A DNA stretch of 64,000 bases from a virus (Duplodnaviria > Caudoviricetes): IMG/VR virus record IMGVR_UViG_3300010352_001202. One strand, 5' to 3'. Below are positions 44,125-54,818 of this stretch, piece by piece (positions within the stretch are counted from its first letter, which is position 1; every line of letters begins with the position of its first letter). The position numbers and the translations under genes are program-made. The notes below the pieces were generated by a model that did no database searches, was not told where the DNA came from, and worked only from the letters and a program-made list of their open reading frames with translations.

Positions 44125-46620
44125 TTATCCCGCCGGGGCTACTGTTGGATTTTTAGCACCGCAGTTGTATAAATCTGTACCATTTCTAATCTGGCTTGCA
44201 ATGGCTGGGCCGCGTCTACCGACTTGCTGATAGTACGGTGTGTTCTCGACTTGTTTTGCTGCCTGATCATAGTTGCCGGCTTGCATTTCTTTCTTGAATG
44301 TCTTAAATTGCCCTAACTTAGCACTACCCATGTTATAGGCCATATCGGCGACTGCTCTTTTTCTATTATCGTCGAGCTTTTCCCAAGTTTCTGTTCCGAC
44401 GAAATTTTGTGCATCTTTAATGGCAGTTGCTGAGTCTTGGGCAAACCAACTATCAATCTGCGATTGCGGAATTTCTGAACCTAACGGATATTTCGCTAAA
44501 TCTTCAGGTCTCATTAGGTGTCCAATACCGCCAGTCGGCAAACCTTTAGAGTCGAGGTAAGTTTTATTTCTTTCGCCTTCGTGCTGTTTTAATTGGCACT
44601 GGAACGCTTTATTATTGAAATCTTTAGAAACAATACCTGGTTCAGCTGGCGGCAAGGTTGTGTTGTTTGCGCCAGTATCTGTATTGGGTTTCGGCGACAC
44701 AGTCGATGGTCCGCTCGATGAGCCGACATAGGTTTTATCACCCTCTGTCATTGCAGGAGAATACCCGGTTGTAGAACTGAACTTAAATTGCTCATGAAGC
44801 GGGCATGGCTCGTATGTCGGCCATCTCGTTACTATTGTTGGCCAGCTTTGCATTCCGCGAGTAAAGAAAGGTTCTTTAATCGGTGGCAAGATATTACCGG
44901 CAGATGTAAGGGCTTTTTGCTCGGCCTGTATTGCTGCTACCGGTAATTCTGGAGTCGGCGCTGGCCGCGGTGGATTTAATACGCCCGGGCCTGTAGGAGG
45001 CCCGGCACCGTTTCCTTCGGCGCATCCTGTGTGGAATGCATTAGATACCAGCGCATTTAGTGTCGAACAGGTAACATCAAGTACAACACTTACATTTTCT
45101 CCAACAGTAATTGTTTCACCGACATCTAATGTGTTCATTATTTGAACCGGTGCATCCTCGAGAATTAGAGGAGCCTTAATACTGTAGGTTCCGTCAGTTA
45201 ATATTTTCAATTCACCCGGGCCGCACGGTGTGGCTTTTACAGTCAGATTAAATATACTTTCGGACTTAAGATAATAATTGCCTGCCGGGGAATTACCGCG
45301 GTAACATGTTTTCGGTTCAGGCAATACGCAGTGTGCCCAGAAGTGGAAGTTCTTATATGTGTCAAGAATAATATTATTCTTGGACCAATAGTGCTGAGTT
45401 CCATCTGGTGGTGCTGATCCGCAAGCATTCGGTTTATTTCCCGAAGTTCCTTTACATACCGCAAGTGTGGTATTGTAATAATTGTGCTGAACTGTTGTTG
45501 TATGAATATCCCATTCGGCGGTGAATACAATATTACCGCCGTAACCTAAACCTCTTGCGCATTGTGAGTAATACGGTACATCAAATTTCTTAGGAACATT
45601 ATTAATATCGTATGTGATATCTAGAGAACTATTTGTAATTGTATCCTTGGCAGCAGAGATATAAAAATTCTGACCTGCTTCTAGATTAATATCTCTATCT
45701 GCACGCATATTAATATCTCGTTGTGCTCTAATAGAAATATCAAATTGACTGAATACATCAATGTGACCTTGCTGGTCCATTTGCATCCATGCTGTGCCGT
45801 CGCGGTTTATGATGTAAACAAATCCGTTAGTTTCATCTAAACGAATCTTTGCACCTGACTTTGTTGCAAGCTCAACATACTCTGAGCCTGTACCGTCGTC
45901 CATGATGAAAGAACTACCACCTTTACGGCGAATCTTGTCGGCTGCAACATCGGGATTTACAGGTGGACCGGGCGTAATAATACCAAACACCTGGCTAGGT
46001 GCTTCGCGGCGTGCGCTGGATGATGTAACACCGCGGCCCTGATCATTGATTAATCCTTGGTTTCCTACACCCTTAAACTTTGTCTTTTCATACGGACGGA
46101 CAGCACGATCTGGGTTAGTGATGCTTTCATTCCACTTGTTATATTCTGCAACAGGGATAATTTTGCCAGGGTGTTGCCAGTTGTTGGCAGATGCTGCCAT
46201 GCCAGGAATCATTGTATTCATGAACTGGTTATACAACGATCCGATCCAAATTCCTCTCGCCGGATCGCCGGCAACAAACATAACAAGCACTTGATTGTTA
46301 ATATCAGGTGGAATCATCCACATTCCGTAGGATGTTTGAGTTCCTTCGAATGTCTGAAAATCTGTTTTGTTATTTGAGTCTATATTTGTTGCGCCAGCAA
46401 ATGGTGAGCAGTAATTTACTGTTATCCATCCCTGCTCTTCTTCTGGCGCAGATCCAAGCTCTGGAATCCAAACTTGTAATCTACCATTTCTTTGTACATC
46501 ATCTGCGCGTTTTACAAAGCCTACGAATACTCCTGTAAGAGTAGGGAATCGTCCCATTGTGCCAAGCTGTTCATTCTTGGTGGGACTTACAGTTCTTGCA
46601 TTACTATTTAAATACGACAT
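44125..46620 (-). CDS. Baseplate central spike / tail lysozyme (gp5-like OB fold + C-terminal GH24 lysozyme)
   Basis: D..RNGRLQVWIP OB-fold start; E-x8-D-x5-T triad in HEGERNKTYLDSKGLPT. Confidence 0.9.
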   Translation of the reverse strand: MSYLNSNARTVSPTKNEQLGTMGRFPTLTGVFVGFVKRADDVQRNGRLQVWIPELGSAPEEEQGWITVNYCSPFAGATNIDSNNKTDFQTFEGTQTSYGMWMIPPDINNQVLVMFVAGDPARGIWIGSLYNQFMNTMIPGMAASANNWQHPGKIIPVAEYNKWNESITNPDRAVRPYEKTKFKGVGNQGLINDQGRGVTSSSARREAPSQVFGIITPGPPVNPDVAADKIRRKGGSSFIMDDGTGSEYVELATKSGAKIRLDETNGFVYIINRDGTAWMQMDQQGHIDVFSQFDISIRAQRDINMRADRDINLEAGQNFYISAAKDTITNSSLDITYDINNVPKKFDVPYYSQCARGLGYGGNIVFTAEWDIHTTTVQHNYYNTTLAVCKGTSGNKPNACGSAPPDGTQHYWSKNNIILDTYKNFHFWAHCVLPEPKTCYRGNSPAGNYYLKSESIFNLTVKATPCGPGELKILTDGTYSIKAPLILEDAPVQIMNTLDVGETITVGENVSVVLDVTCSTLNALVSNAFHTGCAEGNGAGPPTGPGVLNPPRPAPTPELPVAAIQAEQKALTSAGNILPPIKEPFFTRGMQSWPTIVTRWPTYEPCPLHEQFKFSSTTGYSPAMTEGDKTYVGSSSGPSTVSPKPNTDTGANNTTLPPAEPGIVSKDFNNKAFQCQLKQHEGERNKTYLDSKGLPTGGIGHLMRPEDLAKYPLGSEIPQSQIDSWFAQDSATAIKDAQNFVGTETWEKLDDNRKRAVADMAYNMGSAKLGQFKTFKKEMQAGNYDQAAKQVENTPYYQQVGRRGPAIASQIRNGTDLYNCGAKNPTVAPAG

Positions 46621-46623
46621 GTG

Positions 46624-49281
46624 TTATCCAAATTTTGTTGGTAGGCCCGGGAGCACACTGTTTAACGCTGTAGGAATATTAGATTTTGCTGTTGCAATTC
46701 CCTGACCAATGGTATCACTACCGTATGCCTTTATATCACCGGCAAGATTCTTTGCCTGCCCCTGAATTCCTTTAATTGCGTCTGTGGCGTCGCTCATTAT
46801 CTTATCTGCTTTAATAGCGGTAGCAGGAAATTTAGAATCAGCAGTGAGATCAGAGGGTTTTGTCGGAACATCTTGCTGCTGTGCGGCTTCTTCGATGATA
46901 TCGGTTATGTTAAACATTCTAATTTCGGGATCAATAATAGCAGTCAATACCTGAGAAAATTTACCAGAATCAAATTTGCTAATAATATTCGTCACCTTAT
47001 AAACACCACTAAATGTTTCTACATCAATTGGTTCTGGTTGATCTGTTGTTTCGTCGGGGCTATAGTTTCTCGGTGTCCTGAATCTAATTACAAAGAAATT
47101 ATCGGATCCATTAACATTAACAGCTTTTTCTTTTCTAAAATGTTCTTTCTTAATCCAGTCAATCGGATCACCGCGTGTCGAAATATGTATGGCCTCGCCA
47201 TTGTCTGCAAAAGGTTGCGGGAATAACCAAAACGGGTCTCCCTTGATTGTTAGATTCATATTAGCAAACGAATTATCGTACGAGCTGTGCAACGCAACTG
47301 AGAACAGATTTGAAAGCTTCTGTATGCCCGAATTACTCTTTGATTCTACTCCTAGCCCTACCTGAAAATCCTGAAGTGATTCTTGAAATGCTACAGGCCT
47401 TAATTTTCCACTTGCCGACTTCATGAAATTAGTATAAGCATTTATTGCTTCTTGTGATTTGATATTTACATCAGAAATAAATTTTAGACCAGATTGCGGT
47501 GTTGCAAGACTTTGCGCTGCTAGTTTGGGATTGCCCAATGTTCCATCTTTATCGAATCCTCCGGCGCGCTGCATTACATTAACAACATTTAACTTGCCGG
47601 CTGTCGCTTGTGCTTTTTGCAGTATTTCTGCTTTTTTTGTTTCTGCGCCAGATAACTTAGCTGTATCAATACTTTTTTGTAGCTCGGCATTTAATGCATC
47701 GACTTTAGTGGCGTCCGATTTCTTAGCATTATTCTGAAATGCCATTGCTGCACTAAGCGCCTTGGTTACTTTAGCTTCGTCTGCAGCATGGGTTTGCGCT
47801 ACCACACCCATATCGCTCATAGAGGTACTCTGAAATATGCCACCAAATCTTGACAATCCGGTTGTGTATGCGTTATTCACAGTAAGATCAAGATTTAGGA
47901 TTTGATCATTTAATCCTGTAAAGATATAACTATATTTTTTCTTTAGAATTTTTTTATCTATATAAGACATTAATCGTTTTCTTTCGGCAGCAACAGTATT
48001 TGGTTCGGTTGCTTGCTGAAACACATTAGCCTCAAGAACACCTAGGTCATATTTTACAATATAGTAAACAAACTCTTTTGCTATATCATTTCGTCTTGCA
48101 TCAAACTGTAACGGGATTGTGTCTGTAACAATTCTCCAGAATGGTTTTATCTGTGTTGCTTCCTGATCAATGGGAACACCTTCTGCACCTGGTGTTTTTG
48201 ATTGCTTCATACCTATTTGATATTCTTCTGTCTGTGCAAGCAAAGAGTCGACAATCTTATCAATACTCGTACTTGCTTGAAAATAGGCATCCTTGTTATC
48301 AAATTTTATAAAATTATCAGCGCGGCGAGGGTCTTTGTTTTTTGTATTAGATGTGATTTTGTATCCCTTAATGTCGGGATCAACCACAATTTTGTAAGAA
48401 TCCGGAATGCTATAATTATCTATAAGAGTTAATAATTGATCTGCATTTAATTTTTCTTCTAACTCTACCATTGCCTGACCAAATGTTTCTATATTATTTA
48501 ACACCACATTATGCTTGGTAGAAGATATAGAATTTGATAAAGCAAAGTCGTTATACAATACTGCAACAACTTCATATCTTGTTCCTACAGTTGATACATT
48601 AGCCTTCATCGATGTTACTTTTATAGGCCATAACCATTTCAGCGCACCTAATTCTGTAGAGGACTCCGGTTCTGAATCTACTGGATTTCTTCCGCGAAAC
48701 TGTAACTGGAGATACATAGGCATTGCATTCCAGTTACCTATGCCGAGCGCAATCGATTCGTAGAAAAGTTTATCAACAAACCCTGCACCGGATGGTTCGA
48801 CTATTTCAAAGGTAAAATTAGTAGACACACCTGTGCCCGATTCGTTGCTCGGTGTTGTAATTGCCTTAATTTCGACTTTATCGATAGTAAGATCTGTTAC
48901 ACCTGATTCAGCAATAATTGTCTGAACTGTCGGGTCTAATACCTTGCCGGAAGTTGATGCATCGGGCGTGGTAATAAACAATTTCCAATGATAGGTTACA
49001 ACATCGTAATTATCTAATATATTAGGTTGAAATTTTGTCTTTAAAGAAATCGGGTCGTTGGCACCGGTTGTATCGCTGGTATTACTTTTATGCGCGTAAG
49101 GATTTCCGTACGCACTTGCTGGTGCGCTTCCACGACCGCCTTGTGCATTTGACTGTCCAGTAAGCGAATTTATTGCACTGGTTGCTTTAAATTTTGCATT
49201 GTCAATTGCGTTAGACACAGATGCTTTGGCTGCCGAAACTGTATCAGACAGGTCCGACATGAATGACTTTGGATCTCCCAT
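46624..49281 (-). CDS. Baseplate hub-like structural protein (gp27-like)
   Basis: LTIKGDPFW and FSGVYKV..F..GKF.Q.L motifs; position before gp5. Confidence 0.55.
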   Translation of the reverse strand: MGDPKSFMSDLSDTVSAAKASVSNAIDNAKFKATSAINSLTGQSNAQGGRGSAPASAYGNPYAHKSNTSDTTGANDPISLKTKFQPNILDNYDVVTYHWKLFITTPDASTSGKVLDPTVQTIIAESGVTDLTIDKVEIKAITTPSNESGTGVSTNFTFEIVEPSGAGFVDKLFYESIALGIGNWNAMPMYLQLQFRGRNPVDSEPESSTELGALKWLWPIKVTSMKANVSTVGTRYEVVAVLYNDFALSNSISSTKHNVVLNNIETFGQAMVELEEKLNADQLLTLIDNYSIPDSYKIVVDPDIKGYKITSNTKNKDPRRADNFIKFDNKDAYFQASTSIDKIVDSLLAQTEEYQIGMKQSKTPGAEGVPIDQEATQIKPFWRIVTDTIPLQFDARRNDIAKEFVYYIVKYDLGVLEANVFQQATEPNTVAAERKRLMSYIDKKILKKKYSYIFTGLNDQILNLDLTVNNAYTTGLSRFGGIFQSTSMSDMGVVAQTHAADEAKVTKALSAAMAFQNNAKKSDATKVDALNAELQKSIDTAKLSGAETKKAEILQKAQATAGKLNVVNVMQRAGGFDKDGTLGNPKLAAQSLATPQSGLKFISDVNIKSQEAINAYTNFMKSASGKLRPVAFQESLQDFQVGLGVESKSNSGIQKLSNLFSVALHSSYDNSFANMNLTIKGDPFWLFPQPFADNGEAIHISTRGDPIDWIKKEHFRKEKAVNVNGSDNFFVIRFRTPRNYSPDETTDQPEPIDVETFSGVYKVTNIISKFDSGKFSQVLTAIIDPEIRMFNITDIIEEAAQQQDVPTKPSDLTADSKFPATAIKADKIMSDATDAIKGIQGQAKNLAGDIKAYGSDTIGQGIATAKSNIPTALNSVLPGLPTKFG

Positions 49282-49282
49282 T

Positions 49283-49570
49283 TTACCTCTTTAGAATATT
49301 TGCTGGAATATAAATTTCTAAACCTGCTACGAAATCATTTATAGGATCTATAATTAGGTCCGGATTTCTGATGCAGAATACCCACCACAGCCCGGGTGTA
49401 CCGTATTCGGCCTGGCTCATTAAATCCGGACGCTGATCATACTGCGGAGGAATAATAGCGATCTTATCAAAATCACTTCTAGGAACTTCACGGGGGACCC
49501 AGAAATCTAGGTACCAGTTCTTTACAGGTGTTACCAGGTACTGACTTGTATCTTTACTATTTTGTGCCAT
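49283..49570 (-). CDS. Baseplate wedge protein (gp53-like, LysM-related)
   Basis: RPDLMS..YG...LWWVF..RN..I.IP. Confidence 0.8.
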   Translation of the reverse strand: MAQNSKDTSQYLVTPVKNWYLDFWVPREVPRSDFDKIAIIPPQYDQRPDLMSQAEYGTPGLWWVFCIRNPDLIIDPINDFVAGLEIYIPANILKR

Positions 49571-50235
49571 TAGATATAACCCTTATTAATCAGTGCGCCT
49601 CTTCTAAATTCGTCGAGATTAAATTCATTTCTAAGATTAATAGGAATGTATTGTGTATCTAATTCAATAGATACAGCTATATGCGTCGGGACATACGAAT
49701 ATCCGTCGGTTGATCCTGGCGCAAGTGTCACCGGCGATCCGCTATATCCGGCAGTGTTTACCGGAACATAATCGATATTTGCATCATATGTGTAATCAAA
49801 AGATTTCACAATTACCGGTACATTGTTAAACTGATATTCGCCGAGATAATTAAATTTCAGTATAGGTGGCGGAGTACCTGCTTTGTTATACGGATTGATA
49901 CCAAAATATGATTTCGTAACGGAACGGAAGAAATGAAGAACCGACAATAAATATAATGCTTCATCGGTTGTCTGCGCAGTAAATTCAGCAGCAATAGTTA
50001 TAATTTTCGGATACGACCTAACATAAGCATTGTATCCATAGTCTGTGTGAATAAATCCGGTAGAGTCATATTCAGCAGCACTACCCGATGTTACAGATGG
50101 TGTATACGGAAACAGAACACCTCTTGTCGACCACAAAGGATACAAAATATTATTGGGACTATTCGGGCCAAGAACAGACTCACAATTCTGCATACTCTTT
50201 GGCTGCAATCTCGCTCTATAATCTTGTTGTGGCAT
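49570..50235 (-). CDS. Tail tube initiator/baseplate protein (gp48/gp54-like)
   Basis: FPYTP, GTPPPIL.F..G..F..VPV. Confidence 0.6.
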   Translation of the reverse strand: MPQQDYRARLQPKSMQNCESVLGPNSPNNILYPLWSTRGVLFPYTPSVTSGSAAEYDSTGFIHTDYGYNAYVRSYPKIITIAAEFTAQTTDEALYLLSVLHFFRSVTKSYFGINPYNKAGTPPPILKFNYLGEYQFNNVPVIVKSFDYTYDANIDYVPVNTAGYSGSPVTLAPGSTDGYSYVPTHIAVSIELDTQYIPINLRNEFNLDEFRRGALINKGYI

Positions 50236-50254
50236 GAATTTCTCCTAACTTGCT

Positions 50255-50263
50255 TATTTATCA
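50255..50263 (-). promoter_or_regulatory. Late promoter candidate TGATAAATA heading the baseplate operon
   Basis: Recurring 9-mer; AGGAG RBS follows. Confidence 0.7.
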
Positions 50264-50296
50264 TGAACATAAAGTGGTATGTTAATTGCGGAATTC

Positions 50297-50325
50297 TTGA
50301 CCTATCGTGCAGGCCCTGCTATACT
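50297..50325 (+). promoter_or_regulatory. Sigma70-type promoter of the gp55-like gene
   Basis: TTGACC-17 bp-TATACT; shares CCTGCTATACTACAAA with the promoter at 139-154. Confidence 0.75.
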
Positions 50326-50351
50326 ACAAAAAATTTCTAGGAGATTACCTA

Positions 50352-51242
50352 ATGACACAAATGATTGACGACGACCAACCAGAGGTTATCGTGATAGCTC
50401 CGGCAAAGAAAATCAATTACCTCAACAATAAGGACATGCTAAAGGAAATTCATCGTAGCAAGAATTCTTATTCAGAATACATTGATCCAAAGTACAGCGA
50501 CTATGATGTCATTGTAGATACTCTTCAAGAAATCTTTCTTCCTGAAGTTCAAGAGCGCGGTAAGGTTGTAAGGGCTGCAAGACTAAGCGTCTCGGCATTT
50601 GAGGCTGTTGTAGCTAGTGGTACAAGAACAGATAAACCCAAGCTGTCAGAGTTCAAAGTAAAGCCGGACACAATTTCTGTAGACGACCTTGTATTTAGAG
50701 TGCTTACATTTGAACACATTCCGCTCGCTCCAGGCCGTAAGAAGAATCCGAAGAGCGTTGCCGACAGTTATGTCAAACTAAACTTTTCGCCCTTCAAGCA
50801 TTACATTATCGAAAATGGTGAAGCAAAGGAAGTTGGCAGATCGCATTCAAAGAAAGGCAAGTTTAGTGCCGAGCACGGTTCTATTACAAATAAGCTTGCT
50901 AAGATGTTCATCCTAATGGTCAACAAGTATGCGCAACGCGGCAACTGGCGTGGTTATACATATCTTGACGAAATGAAGGGCCAATCGCTTTTACAGTTAG
51001 CACAAATGGGACTCCAGTTCGACGAGGCACAAAGTGACAACCCGTTCTCGTATTATACGATGTCGCTGCAAAACAGTTTCACAAGAGTGCTGAACTTAGA
51101 AAAGAAAAATCAAGATATTCGGGATGATCTATTAATCGATAGTGGTGCAAGTCCTAGTTTCTCAAGGCAGTTAGCTCTTGAAAACGAAATTAGACGACTT
51201 AGAGAAGATGCACAGGAATCGGCTAAAGATGACAACGAATAA
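50352..51242 (+). CDS. Late-transcription sigma factor (T4 gp55-like)
   Basis: YLNNKDML; NWRGYTYLDEM; FDEAQSDNPFSYYT; gp55-gp47-gp46 gene order. Confidence 0.85.
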   Translation: MTQMIDDDQPEVIVIAPAKKINYLNNKDMLKEIHRSKNSYSEYIDPKYSDYDVIVDTLQEIFLPEVQERGKVVRAARLSVSAFEAVVASGTRTDKPKLSEFKVKPDTISVDDLVFRVLTFEHIPLAPGRKKNPKSVADSYVKLNFSPFKHYIIENGEAKEVGRSHSKKGKFSAEHGSITNKLAKMFILMVNKYAQRGNWRGYTYLDEMKGQSLLQLAQMGLQFDEAQSDNPFSYYTMSLQNSFTRVLNLEKKNQDIRDDLLIDSGASPSFSRQLALENEIRRLREDAQESAKDDNE

Positions 51243-52248
51243 ACTATTTGAAAAATGTGTAGCATTTAGTGATATTCATTTTGGCTTAAGGCATAACTCT
51301 AAAGACCACAACGAAGACTGTTTAGAATTCGTAGATTGGATTATTAGCGAAGGGCAGAAAAGAGGGGCAGAGACCTGCCTCTTCTTAGGTGACTGGCATC
51401 ACCACCGGTCAAACATTAATATCCTTACACTAGATTACACAATGCAGGCATTGCGAAAGCTTAATAATGCCTTTAAGAAAACTTACATAATGGTAGGCAA
51501 CCACGATCTTTTCTATAGAGAGAAAAGGGAAATTCACTCTATGGTAGTTGGAAGCGAGTTTCCAAACATTATTCTTGTTGACGAACCGACTGTTATCGAT
51601 GATGTTGCACTTATTCCGTGGCTTGTAGAAGAGGAATGGAAAAAGGTTACTGACATTAAGACAAAATACCTATTCGGGCACTTAGAGCTTCCGGGCTTTA
51701 AGATGAACGCTATGGTAGAAATGCCTGATCACGGGACCTTAAACGCAGATCATTTTCAACATCAGGATTATGTCTTCTCGGGGCACTTTCACAAGCGCCA
51801 GACAAAGGGAAAGATCAACTACATTGGCAATCCGTTTGGGCACAACTATTCAGATGTGTGGGATTTCGAACGCGGTGGTATTTTCCTGGAGTGGGGCAAA
51901 GAACCCGAGTTTATGGATTATGAGGCAGGGCCTAGATTCATTAGCATTAACCTTTCTGCGTTACTTGCTAACCCCGATCTGTATCTTAAGCCAAAAACAT
52001 ATCTACAAGTTACATTAGATTTAGATATCACATATGAAGAAGCTGTATTCTTAAGAGAGACTTTTCTAACACAATACAATGTTAGAGAATTCAAGCTTGT
52101 AAGAAATCAAGAAGACGAACTTTCGAAAGATTATTCAGGGGATATTACATTCAAGACAGTTGATCAAATTGTTATCGAACAATTGACAAATATCGAAAGT
52201 GATGCTTTTGAGACAAATAAGCTTATCGAAATATACAATAGGCTATAA
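51229..52248 (+). CDS. Recombination endonuclease, Mre11/SbcD-like (T4 gp47)
   Basis: SDIHFG, LGD, GNHD, GHFH. Confidence 0.95.
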   Translation: MTTNKLFEKCVAFSDIHFGLRHNSKDHNEDCLEFVDWIISEGQKRGAETCLFLGDWHHHRSNINILTLDYTMQALRKLNNAFKKTYIMVGNHDLFYREKREIHSMVVGSEFPNIILVDEPTVIDDVALIPWLVEEEWKKVTDIKTKYLFGHLELPGFKMNAMVEMPDHGTLNADHFQHQDYVFSGHFHKRQTKGKINYIGNPFGHNYSDVWDFERGGIFLEWGKEPEFMDYEAGPRFISINLSALLANPDLYLKPKTYLQVTLDLDITYEEAVFLRETFLTQYNVREFKLVRNQEDELSKDYSGDITFKTVDQIVIEQLTNIESDAFETNKLIEIYNRL

Positions 52249-52251
52249 TAC

Positions 52252-54042
52252 ATGCTGAAAATAAATGCACTAACAATAAAAAACTTCATGAGTATCGGTA
52301 ATGTTACTCAGTCAATAAATTTTAGTACCAGCGATTTAGTATTAGTGTTGGGTGAAAACCTTGACTTAGGTGGCAACGATAATCGAAATGGTGTAGGTAA
52401 ATCTACAATTGTGAATGCCTTGTCATATGCACTATATGGATCCGCATTAACAAGTATTAAGAAAGATAACTTAATTAATAAGACAAACATGAAACATATG
52501 CTTGTCACATTAATTTTCGAAGTTAACGGTGTCGGTTATAAAATCGAGCGCGGTCGTAAACCTGGTATCTTCAAGTTCATTAAGGACGGCGACGAAGAAA
52601 AGGACGACGGCAACGAGAAGGATAAGGATTCCAATGAAGCCCAGGGCGAGAACAGGCACACTCAAGAAGAAATTGAACGCTTGATTGGTGTTTCGCACGA
52701 TATGTTCAAACACATCCTTGCGCTGAATACTTATGTCGAGCCATTTCTTGCCTTAAAGACTGGTGAGCAACGAGTTATTATCGAGCAATTGCTTGGTATT
52801 ACTAAGCTATCCGAAAAAGCTGAGAAGCTAAAAGACGAGGCAAAGGTAACAAGAGATGAGATTAAAGAAGAAGAGTTTAGGATCACCGCAGCTACGGAAG
52901 CAAACAGGCGTATCGAGACGAACATTAAGGGGCTTGAGAGCAAATCGATGGCGTGGGAATCCGCTAAAGTGGGTAGGATTGACACTTTGCAGAAGTCTAT
53001 TATGGAGATGCTTAGTGTCAATATCGACGACGAGATCGTCCTACATAAGTCCAAGAAAGAAGTGGAAGATCTCAACGCGGAATATAGGTCGCTCGCAAAA
53101 GAACTCGCTAATCTCGAAAAAGAAGTTACGGAGTCGACAAAAACCGTAACAAGGCTCGACAAGGTTCTTCTTAGTTCGACTGAGAAAATCTGTCCTACAT
53201 GTTCGCAAGAGATGGACAAAGACACGCACGACAAAGTCCATAACGAGTATTTGCTGCAACATCAAGAGACTCAGCGCAAATTGCAGGAAAAAACTGCAAA
53301 GCGCGACGAAGTTAAAACACTTGCAACGTCTGTCGCATCGCTTATTCCTAAGCTACCAGAGACATTTTATGCAACCATCGATGAAGCATACAATCATAAG
53401 ACCACACTTGATACTCTAGGTAATAGTTTATCTGCTGAATTAGAAACAGTAAACCCGTATACAGACCAAATCGAGTCATTGCGTCGCGACGGTTTGCAAG
53501 AAATTAGTTTTGACAAACTAAATGAGCTTGTTAAGTTACGTGACCATCAGGAATTCTTACTGAAATTACTTACCAACAAAGATAGTTTCATCCGTAAGAA
53601 AATTATTGACCAGAACTTAACATTCCTAAATCATAGGTTAGCACACTATCTGGCAGACATCGGGCTGCCGCACGAAGTAAAATTCAAGTCGGATCTTGAG
53701 GTTGAAATAGGTATCTTAGGTAAGGAATATGATTTTGATAATTTAAGCAGAGGTGAACGTACTCGATTAATCCTATCCCTTTCATGGTCATTTAGAGATG
53801 TATATGAATCAATGAATGATAAGATTAATTTATTGTTTATCGATGAGTTGATAGATTCGGGACTGGATTCCAGCGGTGTAGAATCGTCATTAGCAATTCT
53901 AAAGAAAATGGGTAGAGACAACAAGCGCAATATCTATCTTATTTCTCACAGAGATGAATTGATCGGTCGAGTCTCAAATGTTCTAAAGGTTGTTAAAGAG
54001 GGTGGGTTTACTTCATTTGAAAATAACGAGACAGAGGTCTGA
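52252..54042 (+). CDS. Recombination ATPase, Rad50/SbcC-like (T4 gp46)
   Basis: NGVGKS Walker A, CPTC zinc hook, LSRGE signature, IDE Walker B, ISH. Confidence 0.95.
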   Translation: MLKINALTIKNFMSIGNVTQSINFSTSDLVLVLGENLDLGGNDNRNGVGKSTIVNALSYALYGSALTSIKKDNLINKTNMKHMLVTLIFEVNGVGYKIERGRKPGIFKFIKDGDEEKDDGNEKDKDSNEAQGENRHTQEEIERLIGVSHDMFKHILALNTYVEPFLALKTGEQRVIIEQLLGITKLSEKAEKLKDEAKVTRDEIKEEEFRITAATEANRRIETNIKGLESKSMAWESAKVGRIDTLQKSIMEMLSVNIDDEIVLHKSKKEVEDLNAEYRSLAKELANLEKEVTESTKTVTRLDKVLLSSTEKICPTCSQEMDKDTHDKVHNEYLLQHQETQRKLQEKTAKRDEVKTLATSVASLIPKLPETFYATIDEAYNHKTTLDTLGNSLSAELETVNPYTDQIESLRRDGLQEISFDKLNELVKLRDHQEFLLKLLTNKDSFIRKKIIDQNLTFLNHRLAHYLADIGLPHEVKFKSDLEVEIGILGKEYDFDNLSRGERTRLILSLSWSFRDVYESMNDKINLLFIDELIDSGLDSSGVESSLAILKKMGRDNKRNIYLISHRDELIGRVSNVLKVVKEGGFTSFENNETEV

Positions 54043-54104
54043 TGCTCTTGCAAATTCAAAAACATATCGTGTAGACTAGTCGAATAATAATTATAAGGAT
54101 TTCT

Positions 54105-54818
54105 ATGACAACAAAACAACAAATTCTATTACGTGATATCATCTTTAAAAAATTACCCGGTATTGCAGATGATATTCTTATGCAGGAATATATACTAAAA
54201 CTTATAGAATTATATCCAACTAGTGTGGATGTTGAAAATTTAATAGAACATTCATTAGCTCACAAAGGTGGATATGAATTTGTTGACGAAGCTGCAAAGG
54301 ATTTTAACGATAAAGACGAGTCAGACTCTAAAACAGTTTCAGTAAATCCAAAAACAGGTAGGGCAGAAATTATCGGGCTCGAAAATAAAATAGGTTCTAT
54401 TAGAATTACAATCTATAATCCCATTTCACCCGAGGCTACATCTTTCTTATACATTCCTCGAGCACACCTTCCGCTATTAATACGAGAATGTTTCGGAACA
54501 AACGAAGGTAAGAAACGTCTTGTTATTACCTGGAGCAAGAAGAGACCGAAACGTTTTAAAGACCAAAAAATCGGTTACTTCAACATGTATGAAAAATTTA
54601 GGGTAGACACGTTTGAGGAACTTGCTGAGATGACTGATGAGAAATTTTATCAGTTAAATCCGTCCCTTCAGTTGAATACTTCTTTACTAAGTCCCGATTT
54701 GGCTGCTGACTCCAGAAGTGATCCCATTCTACAAACATCCAGCCTTTATACGGCAGATAACGATCAGCAAGAAATCCTAGATTCTGAGGATACACTACCC
54801 ATTTCTCTTTCCTGCTAA
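54105..54818 (+). CDS. Hypothetical protein, possible PD-(D/E)xK-like nuclease
   Basis: AAGGA RBS; candidate promoter TTGCAA..TAGACT at 54048-54077; D..D-S-K pattern (weak). Confidence 0.5.
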   Translation: MTTKQQILLRDIIFKKLPGIADDILMQEYILKLIELYPTSVDVENLIEHSLAHKGGYEFVDEAAKDFNDKDESDSKTVSVNPKTGRAEIIGLENKIGSIRITIYNPISPEATSFLYIPRAHLPLLIRECFGTNEGKKRLVITWSKKRPKRFKDQKIGYFNMYEKFRVDTFEELAEMTDEKFYQLNPSLQLNTSLLSPDLAADSRSDPILQTSSLYTADNDQQEILDSEDTLPISLSC

